A stretch of 64,000 bases of DNA from Fibrobacterota bacterium (GTDB taxonomy: Bacteria > Fibrobacterota > Fibrobacteria > UBA11236): positions 3,324-67,323 of the forward strand of contig JAEKLQ010000037.1 of the NCBI GenBank assembly GCA_019509785.1, in the 5' to 3' direction. Below the pieces are notes generated by a model. It was not told the DNA's origin. It saw only the letters and a program-made list of their open reading frames with translations, and did no database searches. Each line of letters begins with the position of its first letter. Within the stretch, counting starts at the first letter, position 1. Of the stretch, positions 37,531 to 48,313 are shown piece after piece. The translations under genes were made by a program, and so were the position numbers.

Positions 37531-39204
37531 TCACGCATCCGTAACGCAGCCTTCCGAGGCCGTGCTCACCGTTTTGATGTACTTGTACAGGGTTCCCTGG
37601 TCCACCTTGTAGGCGGGCGGAGTCCAGCCCTGGAAGCGCTCCGCGATTTCCTCTTCCGTGAGATCCGCGTCCAAAGTGTTCTTCTCGGCATCGATGGTGA
37701 TGACGTCCCCGGTGCGGATGACGGCCAACAGGCCGCCGGTCTGCGCTTCCGGGGTGATGTGGCCCACCACGAACCCGTGCGTCCCGCCCGAGAAGCGTCC
37801 ATCCGTGATCAGTGCCACGCTCTTTCCGAGCCCGGCGCCCATGATGGCCGAGGTCACGGTGAGCATTTCGCTCATGCCCGGCCCGCCCTTGGGGCCTTCG
37901 TATCGGATGACCACCACGTCTCCGGCCTTGATTTCCTTCCGTTCCAGGGCATGCAAGGTGTCTTCCTCGGAATCATAGACCTTTGCCGGGCCCGTGAAGG
38001 ACAGGCCTTCCTTGCCCGTGATCTTGGCCACCGCGCCTTCCTTGGCGAGGTTCCCGTATAAGATGCGGATATGCCCGGTCTTCTTGAGAGGCTGACTCAC
38101 CGGGAAGATGATTTTCTGGCCTTCCTTCAACCCGGGCAAATCGGCCACGTTCTCGGCCAGGGTCTTGCCGGTGACGGTCATGCAGGATCCGTCGATGAGG
38201 CCTTCCTTGATCAGGAGCTTCTGCACCGCCGGCACGCCACCCACGGCGTGCAGATCCTCGAACACGTATTGGCCGCTCGGTTTCAGATCGGCGAGGTAAG
38301 GGCGCTTGTCGCTGATGCGCTGGAAGTCGTCGATGGTCAAGGGCACATGGGCGGCTTTCGCCATCGCTATCAGATGCAGCACGGCATTGGTGGAACCGCC
38401 CAGCGCGATGATCAGGGTGATGGCGTTCTCGAAGGCCTTGCGGGTCATGATATCGCGGGGCTTCAGGTCCAATTCCAGGGCGTTGCGTATCGCCTTGCCG
38501 ATCACCAGGCATTCGCGAAATTTCTCGTCGCTCACCGCGGGCGAAGAGGAATCGTAAGGCAGGGTCATGCCCAAGGTCTCGATGGCGGCGGCCATGGTAT
38601 TGGCCGTGTACATGCCGCCGCAGGCCCCTTGGCCCGGGCAAGCGTGCTTGATGACTTCGTTCATGCCGGCTTCATCCAGCTTGCCGTTGACGTACTTCCC
38701 GTAGGCTTCGAAGGCGGAGACCACGTCCAGCTTATGGCCGTCGTGGTAGCCGGGCAGGATGGTGCCGCCGTAGACCATGATGGACGGGCGGTTGAAGCGG
38801 GCCATGGCGATGACGGCGCCCGGCATGTTCTTATCGCATCCCGCCACGGAGATGTTGGCGTCGTACCACATGGCGCAGGTGACGGTTTCGATGGAATCGG
38901 CGATGAGATCGCGCGATTGCAGGGAATAGTTCATTCCCTCGGTGCCCATGGAAATCCCGTCGCTGACCCCGATGGTGTGGAAACGCAATCCCACCATGCC
39001 CGCTTCGTTAACCGATTTCCGGATATGGGAGGCGAAATCGTTGAGGTGCATGTTGCACGGATTGCCGTCGTAGCCCATGCTGGCGATGCCGACCTGGGCT
39101 TTGCCCATGTCCTCATCGGTCATCCCGATGGCATGCAGCATGGCCTTGGAGCCGGGCTGGGAAATGGTCTGCGTCAGTCGCGAAGAATACTTATTGAGTT
39201 TCAT
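37531..39204 (-). CDS. ilvD: Dihydroxy-acid dehydratase
   Basis: 557 aa. Contains [44 protein letters not shown] and [12 protein letters not shown]. Confidence 0.95.
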   Translation of the reverse strand: MKLNKYSSRLTQTISQPGSKAMLHAIGMTDEDMGKAQVGIASMGYDGNPCNMHLNDFASHIRKSVNEAGMVGLRFHTIGVSDGISMGTEGMNYSLQSRDLIADSIETVTCAMWYDANISVAGCDKNMPGAVIAMARFNRPSIMVYGGTILPGYHDGHKLDVVSAFEAYGKYVNGKLDEAGMNEVIKHACPGQGACGGMYTANTMAAAIETLGMTLPYDSSSPAVSDEKFRECLVIGKAIRNALELDLKPRDIMTRKAFENAITLIIALGGSTNAVLHLIAMAKAAHVPLTIDDFQRISDKRPYLADLKPSGQYVFEDLHAVGGVPAVQKLLIKEGLIDGSCMTVTGKTLAENVADLPGLKEGQKIIFPVSQPLKKTGHIRILYGNLAKEGAVAKITGKEGLSFTGPAKVYDSEEDTLHALERKEIKAGDVVVIRYEGPKGGPGMSEMLTVTSAIMGAGLGKSVALITDGRFSGGTHGFVVGHITPEAQTGGLLAVIRTGDVITIDAEKNTLDADLTEEEIAERFQGWTPPAYKVDQGTLYKYIKTVSTASEGCVTDA

Positions 39205-39230
39205 GATTCCCTGAGAAGTCTCTGGAAGAG

Positions 39231-39317
39231 AGGGTTAAGGGTACAGGGTACAGGGTAAAGGGTGAAAGTCGGGGTATTCCAAAACCCTAAACCCTTTACC
39301 CTTTACCCTGAACCCCT
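39231..39317. repeat. AGGGTNN-heptamer palindromic intergenic element, copy 2 (between the TPR-transglutaminase gene and ilvD)
   Basis: The G-arm AGGGTTA AGGGTAC AGGGTAC AGGGTAA AGGGTGA (39231-39265) faces the C-arm AAACCCTAAACCCTTTACCCTTTACCCTGAACCCCT (39282-39317). Pairing is at unit level with mismatches at the variable positions. Confidence 0.75.
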
Positions 39318-39375
39318 AGGTCAATCGAAAGGGAAATAGTAGCAAACAGGCGCCGGTTCTACCCGCTATCCCGGC

Positions 39376-42300
39376 CTACCGCTTGGAAATCTGCAGCCTC
39401 AGTCCCGACCGCGCCAGGATCGGTTCCCACTCTTCCTGGATCTTGGTGTACTCCTCGGGGGTCGCCACGAAGGGGTCGATGCGCCAATTCTGCTTGATCC
39501 CGATCGACTCGGGAGTGGTCTGGTTGATGGAGAGCAGCCAATGGAGGTAATGCTCCGAAAGCTCCCGATCGAGATTGAGGGATTTCCATCCGTATCCGGG
39601 CGGGATTTCGTAAACCCACTGGGAATTGATCTGGATCTCGTGGGGGAAATACACCGGCGACTTGCGGGATGCCGCGCGCGGGAAGCGCAGGAAGCTCAGT
39701 TCCAGTTTGGGGAAATGCTGGAATTCCAACGTGCCGTTGTGGAACGGGAATTTGGCGCGGTAATGGAAAACCATGATGAGGGGCAGGTCCGGATCATCCT
39801 CGTTCAAGACCCGGAAGCGTTCATCGGCGAAGGCGGGATAGCTTTGGGCCAGCCAGGAAAGCAAGTTCTCGTACTTCGTGTTCGGGTTCCATTCGCGCAT
39901 ATGGGATCGGAATTCCGAAGCGACTTTCCCGCTCAGAATCATGCTGTCGGAACCGAGCGCGGTTTGGTTGGGGTCCACCTTGCGGCTGTGGAACACTAGC
40001 ACGCGATGCTCCCCGGCGCTGTCGAGCTCGGGAATGGTCATCATGCGCGAGTTCTCATCGTCGATGATGAGCACGTTCTTGCTTTCGAGGGCCAAGGGAG
40101 AGCGCCGGAAGGCGTAGGACTTTTCCGTGGGGTCCAGGAAATATTGCGGCATGCCCTGCTGGGCCGGCACGTGGACGATCATATGGTTGAACTGGTGCAG
40201 GCTGGGCTGATCCAGATCCCCTGCATGGTTCAGGCTCACCAGACAGAGGTGGGCGTCGATGCCGCGCGCCTTGAGCATTTCCATGAGCAGCAGGGCATGG
40301 CCTTTGCAATCGGAATAGCCGTTCGTCAGGACGGTCTCGCAGCGCTCGGGCACCAGGGCCTGCAAGCTGAATTCGTAGTTGTTGTAGCGTACCGAATCGC
40401 GCACGAAGCGGAACATGGCCTGCACCGGATTCATTCCCCGGTTCCGTTCCGCCATTTCGATGGCGCGCTCCTTCACCGGCAGAGGCACGGAATCCAGATG
40501 GACGCCTTCTTTCTCCAGGAACCGCTGGTAATTGCGCCCTACTTCGCGCCAAGTCGCGAAGGGCGTGGCCGAGAACCCCGTCCCGATCTCGTCGTTGCTG
40601 GGGCGGTAGTTCTCCTCGAAGGCCGGCGTCGCCTCGTCCATCCTGACTACGATGCGATCCGGGAGGCTGTCCACGCGGGACTCCCCGAAGGCGCTCAGAA
40701 GCAGATGCTTGGGCGGATGCAGGATCTCGTACTCGCATGCGAGGATGGGGAAGGGATAAGCGTTGTCGTAGCGGAGATAGGGGAATTCGTTGGTCGGGAG
40801 CTGGGCTTCCTCGGTGGTGATGGATTCCAGCCATTGGACGCCGGGCCGGGTCTTGATGGGCAAATGCACCAGCAGGTTCTCCGGATGCAAGGTCGTATTG
40901 TGGTTCTTGGTGACATAGAAGTCCCCGCTCTTTTCCTCTTCCATGAGCTTCAGGTTGGCGTCGTAAAGCCGGAAAGCGTTGACGTAGAAGCGGGAGTAGC
41001 CCGGGTTCAGCTCATAGGTCAATTCGGATAGCCGGATGAGCTTGCGCGCATCGCGGATGTGGTAGATCTGGTGGCGCGTTTTCTTCCAGCGGCCGTCGGC
41101 CGCACGGGACTTGGGGGCCCAAGCGTAGACGACTTCTTGATAGGCGAGCGTGAGGGGGTACTGCGCGGCCAGTTGCAGGTTCTCTGGCTTTTGCAGCAGC
41201 GCCCGCGCCGCCGCCAAGGTCGCTTTGGTCTTAAGCGGGGTAATGGGAGTACGCAGGATCAGGTTGCTGCGGCTGCCCATCAAGGCCGCCACCTGGGTCG
41301 CCAATTGTTGCGCATCGCGGTTGGACGCATCCAGCTCGAGGGCGATCTTAGCCGATTGCCCCGCCTGACGGTAGAGCTTAAGGCTGAATTCGCACGTGCC
41401 TTTGAGGAGATAATTATTCGAGGTGCGCGGGAAGGCCGTCCCCAGATCGCGAACGTAATCCAAAGCGCCTTCATAATCCTTCAGGCCCGCCAGGGCGCGC
41501 AGGTAGTACTCCACCGACTTTTCGGTGGGGGCGCTGTCGGCATGCGCTTGCACCATTACCTGCCGAGCGTTCTCGTATTCCTCCAACCCCAGGTAGGTTT
41601 GCGCGAGGTACACCGATAATCGGAAGCTGGGCTTTTCGGAATACATCTTCAGCAAAACGCTTTTCGAATGCACGCGCTCGCCCAGCCCCCATAAGGCGTC
41701 CGAAAGGTTGATGAGCCATTCCACGTTGCCGGGATCGAGTTCCAGCGCCTTCAAGGCCCATTCCTTGGCTTCCTGGAAGCGGCCGAGATCCTCGTAGAAC
41801 GCCCCCATGGTGCCCGCCAGGTCCCCGGAAGCGGCCACGAGGCGCGGATGCCGCATCAGGAAGGCGATGCCTTCCAGGTTCTCCCGCTTGACCTGGAACA
41901 TGGCGCCGCAGTTCACTAAAAAGGCCGCATTACCGGTATCCAGGTCCAGGGCGGTTTGGAAATGCTTCATCGCCAGGTTCCAGTTGGAATCCTCCACGGC
42001 CCGTAAGCCCAGCGTGTTTTCGATGGCGCCCCGAAAAGTGCGCGAACAGGAATCCGGGGCCAAGCCGCGCCGCAAGGGATCCGATTCGAGGAGCAGATCG
42101 GGTAAGCGGCCGAGGCCTTCCGCCGGGAGCGGCGTTTTCGATTCCAGATTCACGAAAACCAGGGACGTATCGGACCGCAGCAACATGCCCCAATGGTTCA
42201 AGGTATCGGCGGGGGGGCGGAACAACCGGTAATGAGCCTGCGGCTCCCCTTTTTCCGACGAATCCGGATCGGCTTTGAATAGATAGGCCAGGGCCGCGCG

Positions 42301-42675
42301 CAAGTCCGTGTCCCGGGCCTTCCCCTTGGGCCAGGAGGTTTCGAAAAGCGAAATCCGGAGCTTGCGATCCTCGCTCCGCACCAGGGTCCGCGCGGGGATA
42401 CCCATGCCGGTGCGCTCGCTGGGGACGTCCACCCACACGGGCCCGGTCGCGGAAAGGACCCAACCGCCCGCGCTCCGGTATTCCTGGAAGAAACGTTCTT
42501 TCGGCGGTTTGGCTGAAACGGAAGCCGGAACGTGGAAGCGGGTGGAATCGATCGCATGCGCCGATCCATGCGCGTTTTCCCCGGCTCGGGGCGGACCTCC
42601 GCATCCCACCAAGGCGAGGCCGACGGCGCATGCCCATCCTGCGAGGGTGACCGGAATGCGAATGGGATGGGTCAT
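39376..42675 (-). CDS. Large lipoprotein: N-terminal TPR repeats plus DUF3857-like region plus transglutaminase-like cysteine protease core
   Basis: Lipobox LALVGC|GG. TPR-like repeats lie in roughly residues 220-470. The transglutaminase triad context is GYSDCKGHALLLMEMLKARGIDAHLC ... FNHMIVHV ... YFLDPTE. Confidence 0.8.
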   Translation of the reverse strand: MTHPIRIPVTLAGWACAVGLALVGCGGPPRAGENAHGSAHAIDSTRFHVPASVSAKPPKERFFQEYRSAGGWVLSATGPVWVDVPSERTGMGIPARTLVRSEDRKLRISLFETSWPKGKARDTDLRAALAYLFKADPDSSEKGEPQAHYRLFRPPADTLNHWGMLLRSDTSLVFVNLESKTPLPAEGLGRLPDLLLESDPLRRGLAPDSCSRTFRGAIENTLGLRAVEDSNWNLAMKHFQTALDLDTGNAAFLVNCGAMFQVKRENLEGIAFLMRHPRLVAASGDLAGTMGAFYEDLGRFQEAKEWALKALELDPGNVEWLINLSDALWGLGERVHSKSVLLKMYSEKPSFRLSVYLAQTYLGLEEYENARQVMVQAHADSAPTEKSVEYYLRALAGLKDYEGALDYVRDLGTAFPRTSNNYLLKGTCEFSLKLYRQAGQSAKIALELDASNRDAQQLATQVAALMGSRSNLILRTPITPLKTKATLAAARALLQKPENLQLAAQYPLTLAYQEVVYAWAPKSRAADGRWKKTRHQIYHIRDARKLIRLSELTYELNPGYSRFYVNAFRLYDANLKLMEEEKSGDFYVTKNHNTTLHPENLLVHLPIKTRPGVQWLESITTEEAQLPTNEFPYLRYDNAYPFPILACEYEILHPPKHLLLSAFGESRVDSLPDRIVVRMDEATPAFEENYRPSNDEIGTGFSATPFATWREVGRNYQRFLEKEGVHLDSVPLPVKERAIEMAERNRGMNPVQAMFRFVRDSVRYNNYEFSLQALVPERCETVLTNGYSDCKGHALLLMEMLKARGIDAHLCLVSLNHAGDLDQPSLHQFNHMIVHVPAQQGMPQYFLDPTEKSYAFRRSPLALESKNVLIIDDENSRMMTIPELDSAGEHRVLVFHSRKVDPNQTALGSDSMILSGKVASEFRSHMREWNPNTKYENLLSWLAQSYPAFADERFRVLNEDDPDLPLIMVFHYRAKFPFHNGTLEFQHFPKLELSFLRFPRAASRKSPVYFPHEIQINSQWVYEIPPGYGWKSLNLDRELSEHYLHWLLSINQTTPESIGIKQNWRIDPFVATPEEYTKIQEEWEPILARSGLRLQISKR

Positions 42676-42796
42676 ATCCGACGTAGCTGCTGTATGTTCT
42701 CGGGGAAGGCGGTTCCGTTGCGAAGATTATAGCATTCCGCTAATTTACGAATCGCGCTAAGGCGCGGAAGCCCCGCCGCGAATTATATTTGCGAGC

Positions 42797-44155
42797 GTGG
42801 CAGGCGGCATCGGCGATTTCAGCGTCTCGACGGTAAAGAATCAAGCGGTAGGCCGGATCAGCGCGGAACCGGGAGCGAGATCCGTTCGCGTCCCCGGCCG
42901 GGGCAATTCCCATTACATCGTCCTGCTCAAGCGCGGATGGGAGCAGGACGGCCCGCTGAAATTCCATAACGGATATCTGGACGAATTACGCAATCGTTTC
43001 CACATCTCGGCCAAGGTTCCCTTGCCGGACATGCCCCAGTTCTTTCCCGCCGGCGCCGAAGGCGAAATGACCTTCCAAGGCAAGGATGTTCTGCATCTCG
43101 AGGCGGCCCTGCGCGGGCAGGGCCTATTTTCGCATCTGGAAACCCTGCGCGATCTGGTCCAACGGGTGGCCGATCGCAAATTGGCCTTCCCCGAATTCCT
43201 GCCCGCCTTGAACCGGTTGTCCCTGCCTCCGGAGTGGCGCAACGAGATCGTCAACGGCCTTTTCTCCCATGCGCAACAGACGCCCTCGGCGCCGGCGCCC
43301 AAACCGCCCGGCCTTTCCAGCGATCTCGACAAGCTGATGAACATGCTGGAACAGGAGAATACCGGCGGTTCCAAGCTCAGCCCCAGCCTCAGCGCCTTTC
43401 TCGACGAGGTCGGGCGGGACAGCACGGGATTCATCCTCCGGGACGGGGCCGCGCGCCAATTGCACGGGGATCTGGTCGCCACCCTGGAAGCCTTGCGCGG
43501 CGGATTGCTGTCCCACAGCGCCTTGGCTGACGTTCTCGGGTTCATGGCATCGCTGCATCGCTTGGCCCGCCAAGCCAAAGGCCGCGAAAGGCAAATGGTG
43601 CATCTCTGGTCCTCCCTTCCGGCCGATCCCGAAGCCCTTCTCATCGGCGATCAGGCCAACGAGGACGGGGACCATGCGGTAGCCATCGTCGTGTTGGACG
43701 CGCCGGATCGCGATGCGGCTTGGCTCTCCGCCGCGGCGGCCCTGGCCCATCGGCTCGCTTGCCCTCTGCTTATGCAAGCTCCCGGCGATGCCATTCCGGA
43801 GGGCGAAGCCATGCAAGCCCTGTCCGAGGCGGCGGCCAAGCCGCAGGCCTACTTTTTCTCGGGAGGCGTGGCTTCCCGCGTGGAAGGGGAGAACTGCGTT
43901 TTCCGGCCCGCCGCGCTGGCATTTCTGGAAGGTCTGGTCGGCTCCCGGGAAAACGTGGACTATTACGTCCATCGCGCCATGGTCCTGGAAGACCAGGATT
44001 TGATTTCCGAAAAGGGCCAGGCCCGCGCCACCGATCGGTTGTTGGACAACGTTCAATGGGAGAACGCTTCCCGCCGGGGCGTCAATCGGGTCAACGGGGC
44101 GCGCAATAAAACCTCCGCTTCCTTCCCGTTGCTCAAGTCCTGGGCGGATATCTGA
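42797..44155 (+). CDS. Hypothetical protein (452 aa from a GTG start; no recognisable motifs)
   Basis: The composition is coding-like and differs from the Arg/Gly-rich antisense ORF. The gene ends 9 nt before the FHA-SLT gene on the same strand. The start codon is uncertain. Confidence 0.55.
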   Translation: MAGGIGDFSVSTVKNQAVGRISAEPGARSVRVPGRGNSHYIVLLKRGWEQDGPLKFHNGYLDELRNRFHISAKVPLPDMPQFFPAGAEGEMTFQGKDVLHLEAALRGQGLFSHLETLRDLVQRVADRKLAFPEFLPALNRLSLPPEWRNEIVNGLFSHAQQTPSAPAPKPPGLSSDLDKLMNMLEQENTGGSKLSPSLSAFLDEVGRDSTGFILRDGAARQLHGDLVATLEALRGGLLSHSALADVLGFMASLHRLARQAKGRERQMVHLWSSLPADPEALLIGDQANEDGDHAVAIVVLDAPDRDAAWLSAAAALAHRLACPLLMQAPGDAIPEGEAMQALSEAAAKPQAYFFSGGVASRVEGENCVFRPAALAFLEGLVGSRENVDYYVHRAMVLEDQDLISEKGQARATDRLLDNVQWENASRRGVNRVNGARNKTSASFPLLKSWADI

Positions 44156-44164
44156 CCGGCTTCC

Positions 44165-45763
44165 ATGCCTGATTACTTCCTGCAAATCATTTCCGGCGTC
44201 CAGGTCGGGCGCAAGATCCGCGTAGCTAATGGAGTGACCCTCGGCCGCAACCCCGAGAATTCCGTTTGCTTTTCCGGACCGGACGGGACCCTCGTTTCCG
44301 GCAAGCACGCGGTGATCGAGAAGCGGGGCGAAGTCCTGATGCTCCGCGATCTGGGTAGCACCAATGGCACTTACGTTAACGGGCAGCAGATCGCCGAGCA
44401 TGCCCTCTACGTGGACGAGGTCGTGAGCCTGGGCGTATCGGGCCCCAAGATGCGCCTGGTCGATCGCGCCGGCGCCACCGATTCCACCACCATGCGCCCG
44501 ATGACCCAGCCCTTGGGAGTGAGCGCCAGCGAACCCCGGCAATTGCGGACCGAATACGAAGGCAAACGGACGCCGGGCAAGGCCGCCGTCCCGCCCGGAT
44601 TCCTCAAGCCCAAGAACGGCGGCGGGGGTTTCGGAAGCGGTGACGCCGGGGATTACACTATGGGCCTGGCCCATCGGTTGAAGGACGACGAGGCCGGCAA
44701 GGGGGAATTGCAAGAGCTGATCAAGGACAAGGGCCGCGCCGAACGCATCGCGAATAGCGGGGTCCTGAGCAAGCGCGACGCGTTGATGATCAACAGCGCC
44801 GCCCAGATGCATTCGCATCAGAAGAAACGGGCCTTGCTCATCCTCGGCTCGGTTTCCTTGGTCGCCTTCATCATCGTCAGCGTCCTGCTCTACCAGAACA
44901 TGGGCTACCGCGGCAAGCTCAAGCAGCAGGAAATCCTGCTGAGCGAAGCCAAGAACCTGGAATCACAGCTGGCGCAAGCGCAGAACCAGGCCGGTCCCGC
45001 CACGGACGATCACGAGAAGGCCATGCTGGTGGCCAAGCTGCGCGCCGCCGAACGCCAATTGATGAGCGTACGCTCCAACCTGAAATCCTCCGATCTCATC
45101 AACACCTACAAGAATCCGCTGGGCCGGGAGATCCACGTCATCCTCGAAGGCTTCGGCAAGCGCGATTACATCGTGCCGGACATCTTCATCAAGCAGGTCG
45201 AAAAGCACATCAACTATTTCAGCAGCAATCCCGGGGTCCGCTCCATCATCGAGCGTTCCTTGAACAACAGCCACAAATACAAGGGCATCATCGAGGATGA
45301 ATTGACGCGGCAAGGCATGCCGTTGGCCTTCTTCTACCTGGCCATGCACGAGAGCACGCTGGATACCGATATCGTCAGCCGCACCGGCGCCAGGGGCCTG
45401 TGGCAGTTCATGCCAGCGACCGCGCGCGAGTACGGCTTGCGCGTTCCCGAGAATTGGGAGAACATGCCGACCTATCTGGATCAACGCACCGACCCGCGCT
45501 TATCCACCCAGGCCGGCGTGAAGTACGTAAAGACCCTGTATGCCGAGTTCGGCGACGTGGCTTTGGCCATGGCGGCCTACAATGCCGGCGAGGGCCGTAT
45601 CCGTAAGGCCCTGCGCAGCATCGACGACCCCATCAACAATCGCGACTTCTGGTATATCTATCGCCTGGGAGTGCTCGCCGACGAGACCAACGAGTACGTG
45701 CCGAAGATCATCGCGACCATGATTATCGACAAGAACCGGGCCCGCTATGGCTTTCCGCCATAG
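44165..45763 (+). CDS. FHA domain - TM helix - coiled coil - SLT-type lytic transglycosylase fusion protein
   Basis: FHA: GRNPENSVCF..VSGKHAVIEKRG..LRDLGSTNGTYVNGQQI. TM helix: ALLILGSVSLVAFIIVSVLLY (about 44830-44900). SLT: AMHESTLDTDIVSRTGARGLWQFMPATAREYGL ... AAYNAGEGRIRKAL. Confidence 0.8.
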   Translation: MPDYFLQIISGVQVGRKIRVANGVTLGRNPENSVCFSGPDGTLVSGKHAVIEKRGEVLMLRDLGSTNGTYVNGQQIAEHALYVDEVVSLGVSGPKMRLVDRAGATDSTTMRPMTQPLGVSASEPRQLRTEYEGKRTPGKAAVPPGFLKPKNGGGGFGSGDAGDYTMGLAHRLKDDEAGKGELQELIKDKGRAERIANSGVLSKRDALMINSAAQMHSHQKKRALLILGSVSLVAFIIVSVLLYQNMGYRGKLKQQEILLSEAKNLESQLAQAQNQAGPATDDHEKAMLVAKLRAAERQLMSVRSNLKSSDLINTYKNPLGREIHVILEGFGKRDYIVPDIFIKQVEKHINYFSSNPGVRSIIERSLNNSHKYKGIIEDELTRQGMPLAFFYLAMHESTLDTDIVSRTGARGLWQFMPATAREYGLRVPENWENMPTYLDQRTDPRLSTQAGVKYVKTLYAEFGDVALAMAAYNAGEGRIRKALRSIDDPINNRDFWYIYRLGVLADETNEYVPKIIATMIIDKNRARYGFPP

Positions 45764-45821
45764 CGCCCGCTACGGTTTTAACCCCGTAAATACGTCGTTT
45801 TGCCGCGTAATCTTGCCGTAG

Positions 45822-46886
<1,065 letters not shown>

Positions 46887-47002
46887 GCGAACGCTTTCGC
46901 GTGGGCGGGCCCAGGACCTTCCGTAAGGACGGTCTTGGCATTCCAACCGCCCGCGCGGATCCGGCCAACCCCCGCAGCGGCCCGTCCGCTCCGGTTGGCC
47001 TA

Positions 47003-47040
47003 CCGCCGCGGCCCAGTAATGGACCGCGGCGGTTTTTTTT
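47003..47040 (+). terminator. Rho-independent terminator after gap
   Basis: CCGCCGCGG (47003-47011) pairs with CCGCGGCGG (47024-47032) and is followed by T8 (47033-47040). Confidence 0.85.
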
Positions 47041-47072
47041 CAAGGCACTAATTACCAACCACGGATCGAAAA

Positions 47073-48311
47073 ATGGCAAAGCTCTTTATCGAGGATCTAC
47101 AGGTAAACGGCAAGCGCGTCCTGATGCGGGTGGATTTCAACGTCCCCATCAAGGACGGCAAGGTCGAGGACGAGAAGCGGATCGCCGCCGCATTGCCCTC
47201 CATCAAGTACCTGCTCGATAAAGGCGCCAGCGTGGTGCTGATGAGCCATTTGGGCCGCCCCGACGGCAAGCCCAACGCCGAGTTCAGCCTCAAGCCGGTC
47301 GGCGCCAAGCTGCAGGAGCTGCTCGGCAAGCCCGTCCAATTCGTCGACGATTGCGTGGGCCCCAAGGCCGAAGCCGCCTGCGCCTCCTTGAAGCCCGGCG
47401 GAGTCATCCTGCTCGAGAACGTCCGTTTCCATATCGAGGAAGAAGGCAAGATCAAGCTCGAGGACGGCACCAAGCTCGTGGCCGACAAGGACAAAGTGGC
47501 CGCTTTCCGCGCAGCCCTGTCCAAGCTCGGCGACGTGTACGTCAACGATGCTTTCGGATCCGCCCATCGCGACCATAGCTCGGTTTCGGGCATCAGCTTG
47601 CCCCAGCGCGCTTGCGGGTACCTGATGAAGAAGGAACTCGACTTCCTGGGCGGCGCCATCGAGAATCCCAAGCGCCCCTTCGTGGCCATCATCGGCGGAG
47701 CCAAGGTGAGCGGCAAGATCGACGTGATCCAACAGATGTTGCCCAAGGTGGACAAGCTGATCATCGGCGGCGGCATGGCCTACACTTTCGCCCGGGCCAA
47801 GGGCCTGGAAACCGGCAAGAGCCTGGTCGAGCCGGATCGTATCGCCCTAGCCAAGGAACTCCTGGAGAAATACGGCGACAAGCTGATGCTCCCGACCGAT
47901 TGCTTCATCACCGACAAATTCGACTTCAAGGCCCGCACCATCGGCCAGGGCAAGACCTGCCGCATGACCGAAATCCCCAAGGAATGGGAAGCCATCGATA
48001 TCGGCCCGGAAACCTCGGCCGCCTACGCCAAGGTCATCGCCTCCGCCAAGACGGTCTTATGGAACGGGCCTATGGGCGTATTTGAAGTCGAAGCTTCGGC
48101 TAAGGGCACCTTCGCCGTGGCCCAGGCCCTGGTGGAAGCCACCAAGAACGGCGGCACCACCGTGGTCGGCGGGGGAGACTCGGCCAGCGCCATCAAGAAG
48201 GCCGGCCTATCGAAACAGGTAAGCCACGTATCCACGGGCGGCGGCGCATCGCTTGAGTTCTTGGAAGGCAAGCCGCTTCCCGGAGTCGTGGCGTTGACGG
48301 AGAAGCCGTAA
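47073..48311 (+). CDS. pgk: Phosphoglycerate kinase
   Basis: RVDFNVPIKDGKV, LMSHLGRPDG, AIIGGAKVSGKI and VVGGGDSA. Confidence 0.95.
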   Translation: MAKLFIEDLQVNGKRVLMRVDFNVPIKDGKVEDEKRIAAALPSIKYLLDKGASVVLMSHLGRPDGKPNAEFSLKPVGAKLQELLGKPVQFVDDCVGPKAEAACASLKPGGVILLENVRFHIEEEGKIKLEDGTKLVADKDKVAAFRAALSKLGDVYVNDAFGSAHRDHSSVSGISLPQRACGYLMKKELDFLGGAIENPKRPFVAIIGGAKVSGKIDVIQQMLPKVDKLIIGGGMAYTFARAKGLETGKSLVEPDRIALAKELLEKYGDKLMLPTDCFITDKFDFKARTIGQGKTCRMTEIPKEWEAIDIGPETSAAYAKVIASAKTVLWNGPMGVFEVEASAKGTFAVAQALVEATKNGGTTVVGGGDSASAIKKAGLSKQVSHVSTGGGASLEFLEGKPLPGVVALTEKP

Positions 48312-48313
48312 GA

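Noticed and set aside
36652-39258. 469-aa and 395-aa + strand ORFs (36652-38061 and 38071-39258)
   Set aside because: They lie antisense to the aminotransferase and ilvD genes, both of which carry diagnostic motifs on the minus strand.
43124-44818. 564-aa ORF on the minus strand spanning two + strand genes
   Set aside because: It crosses the boundary between the orphan protein gene and the FHA-SLT gene, and it lies antisense to clear FHA motifs. Its composition is Gly/Ala/Arg-rich. It is a shadow ORF.
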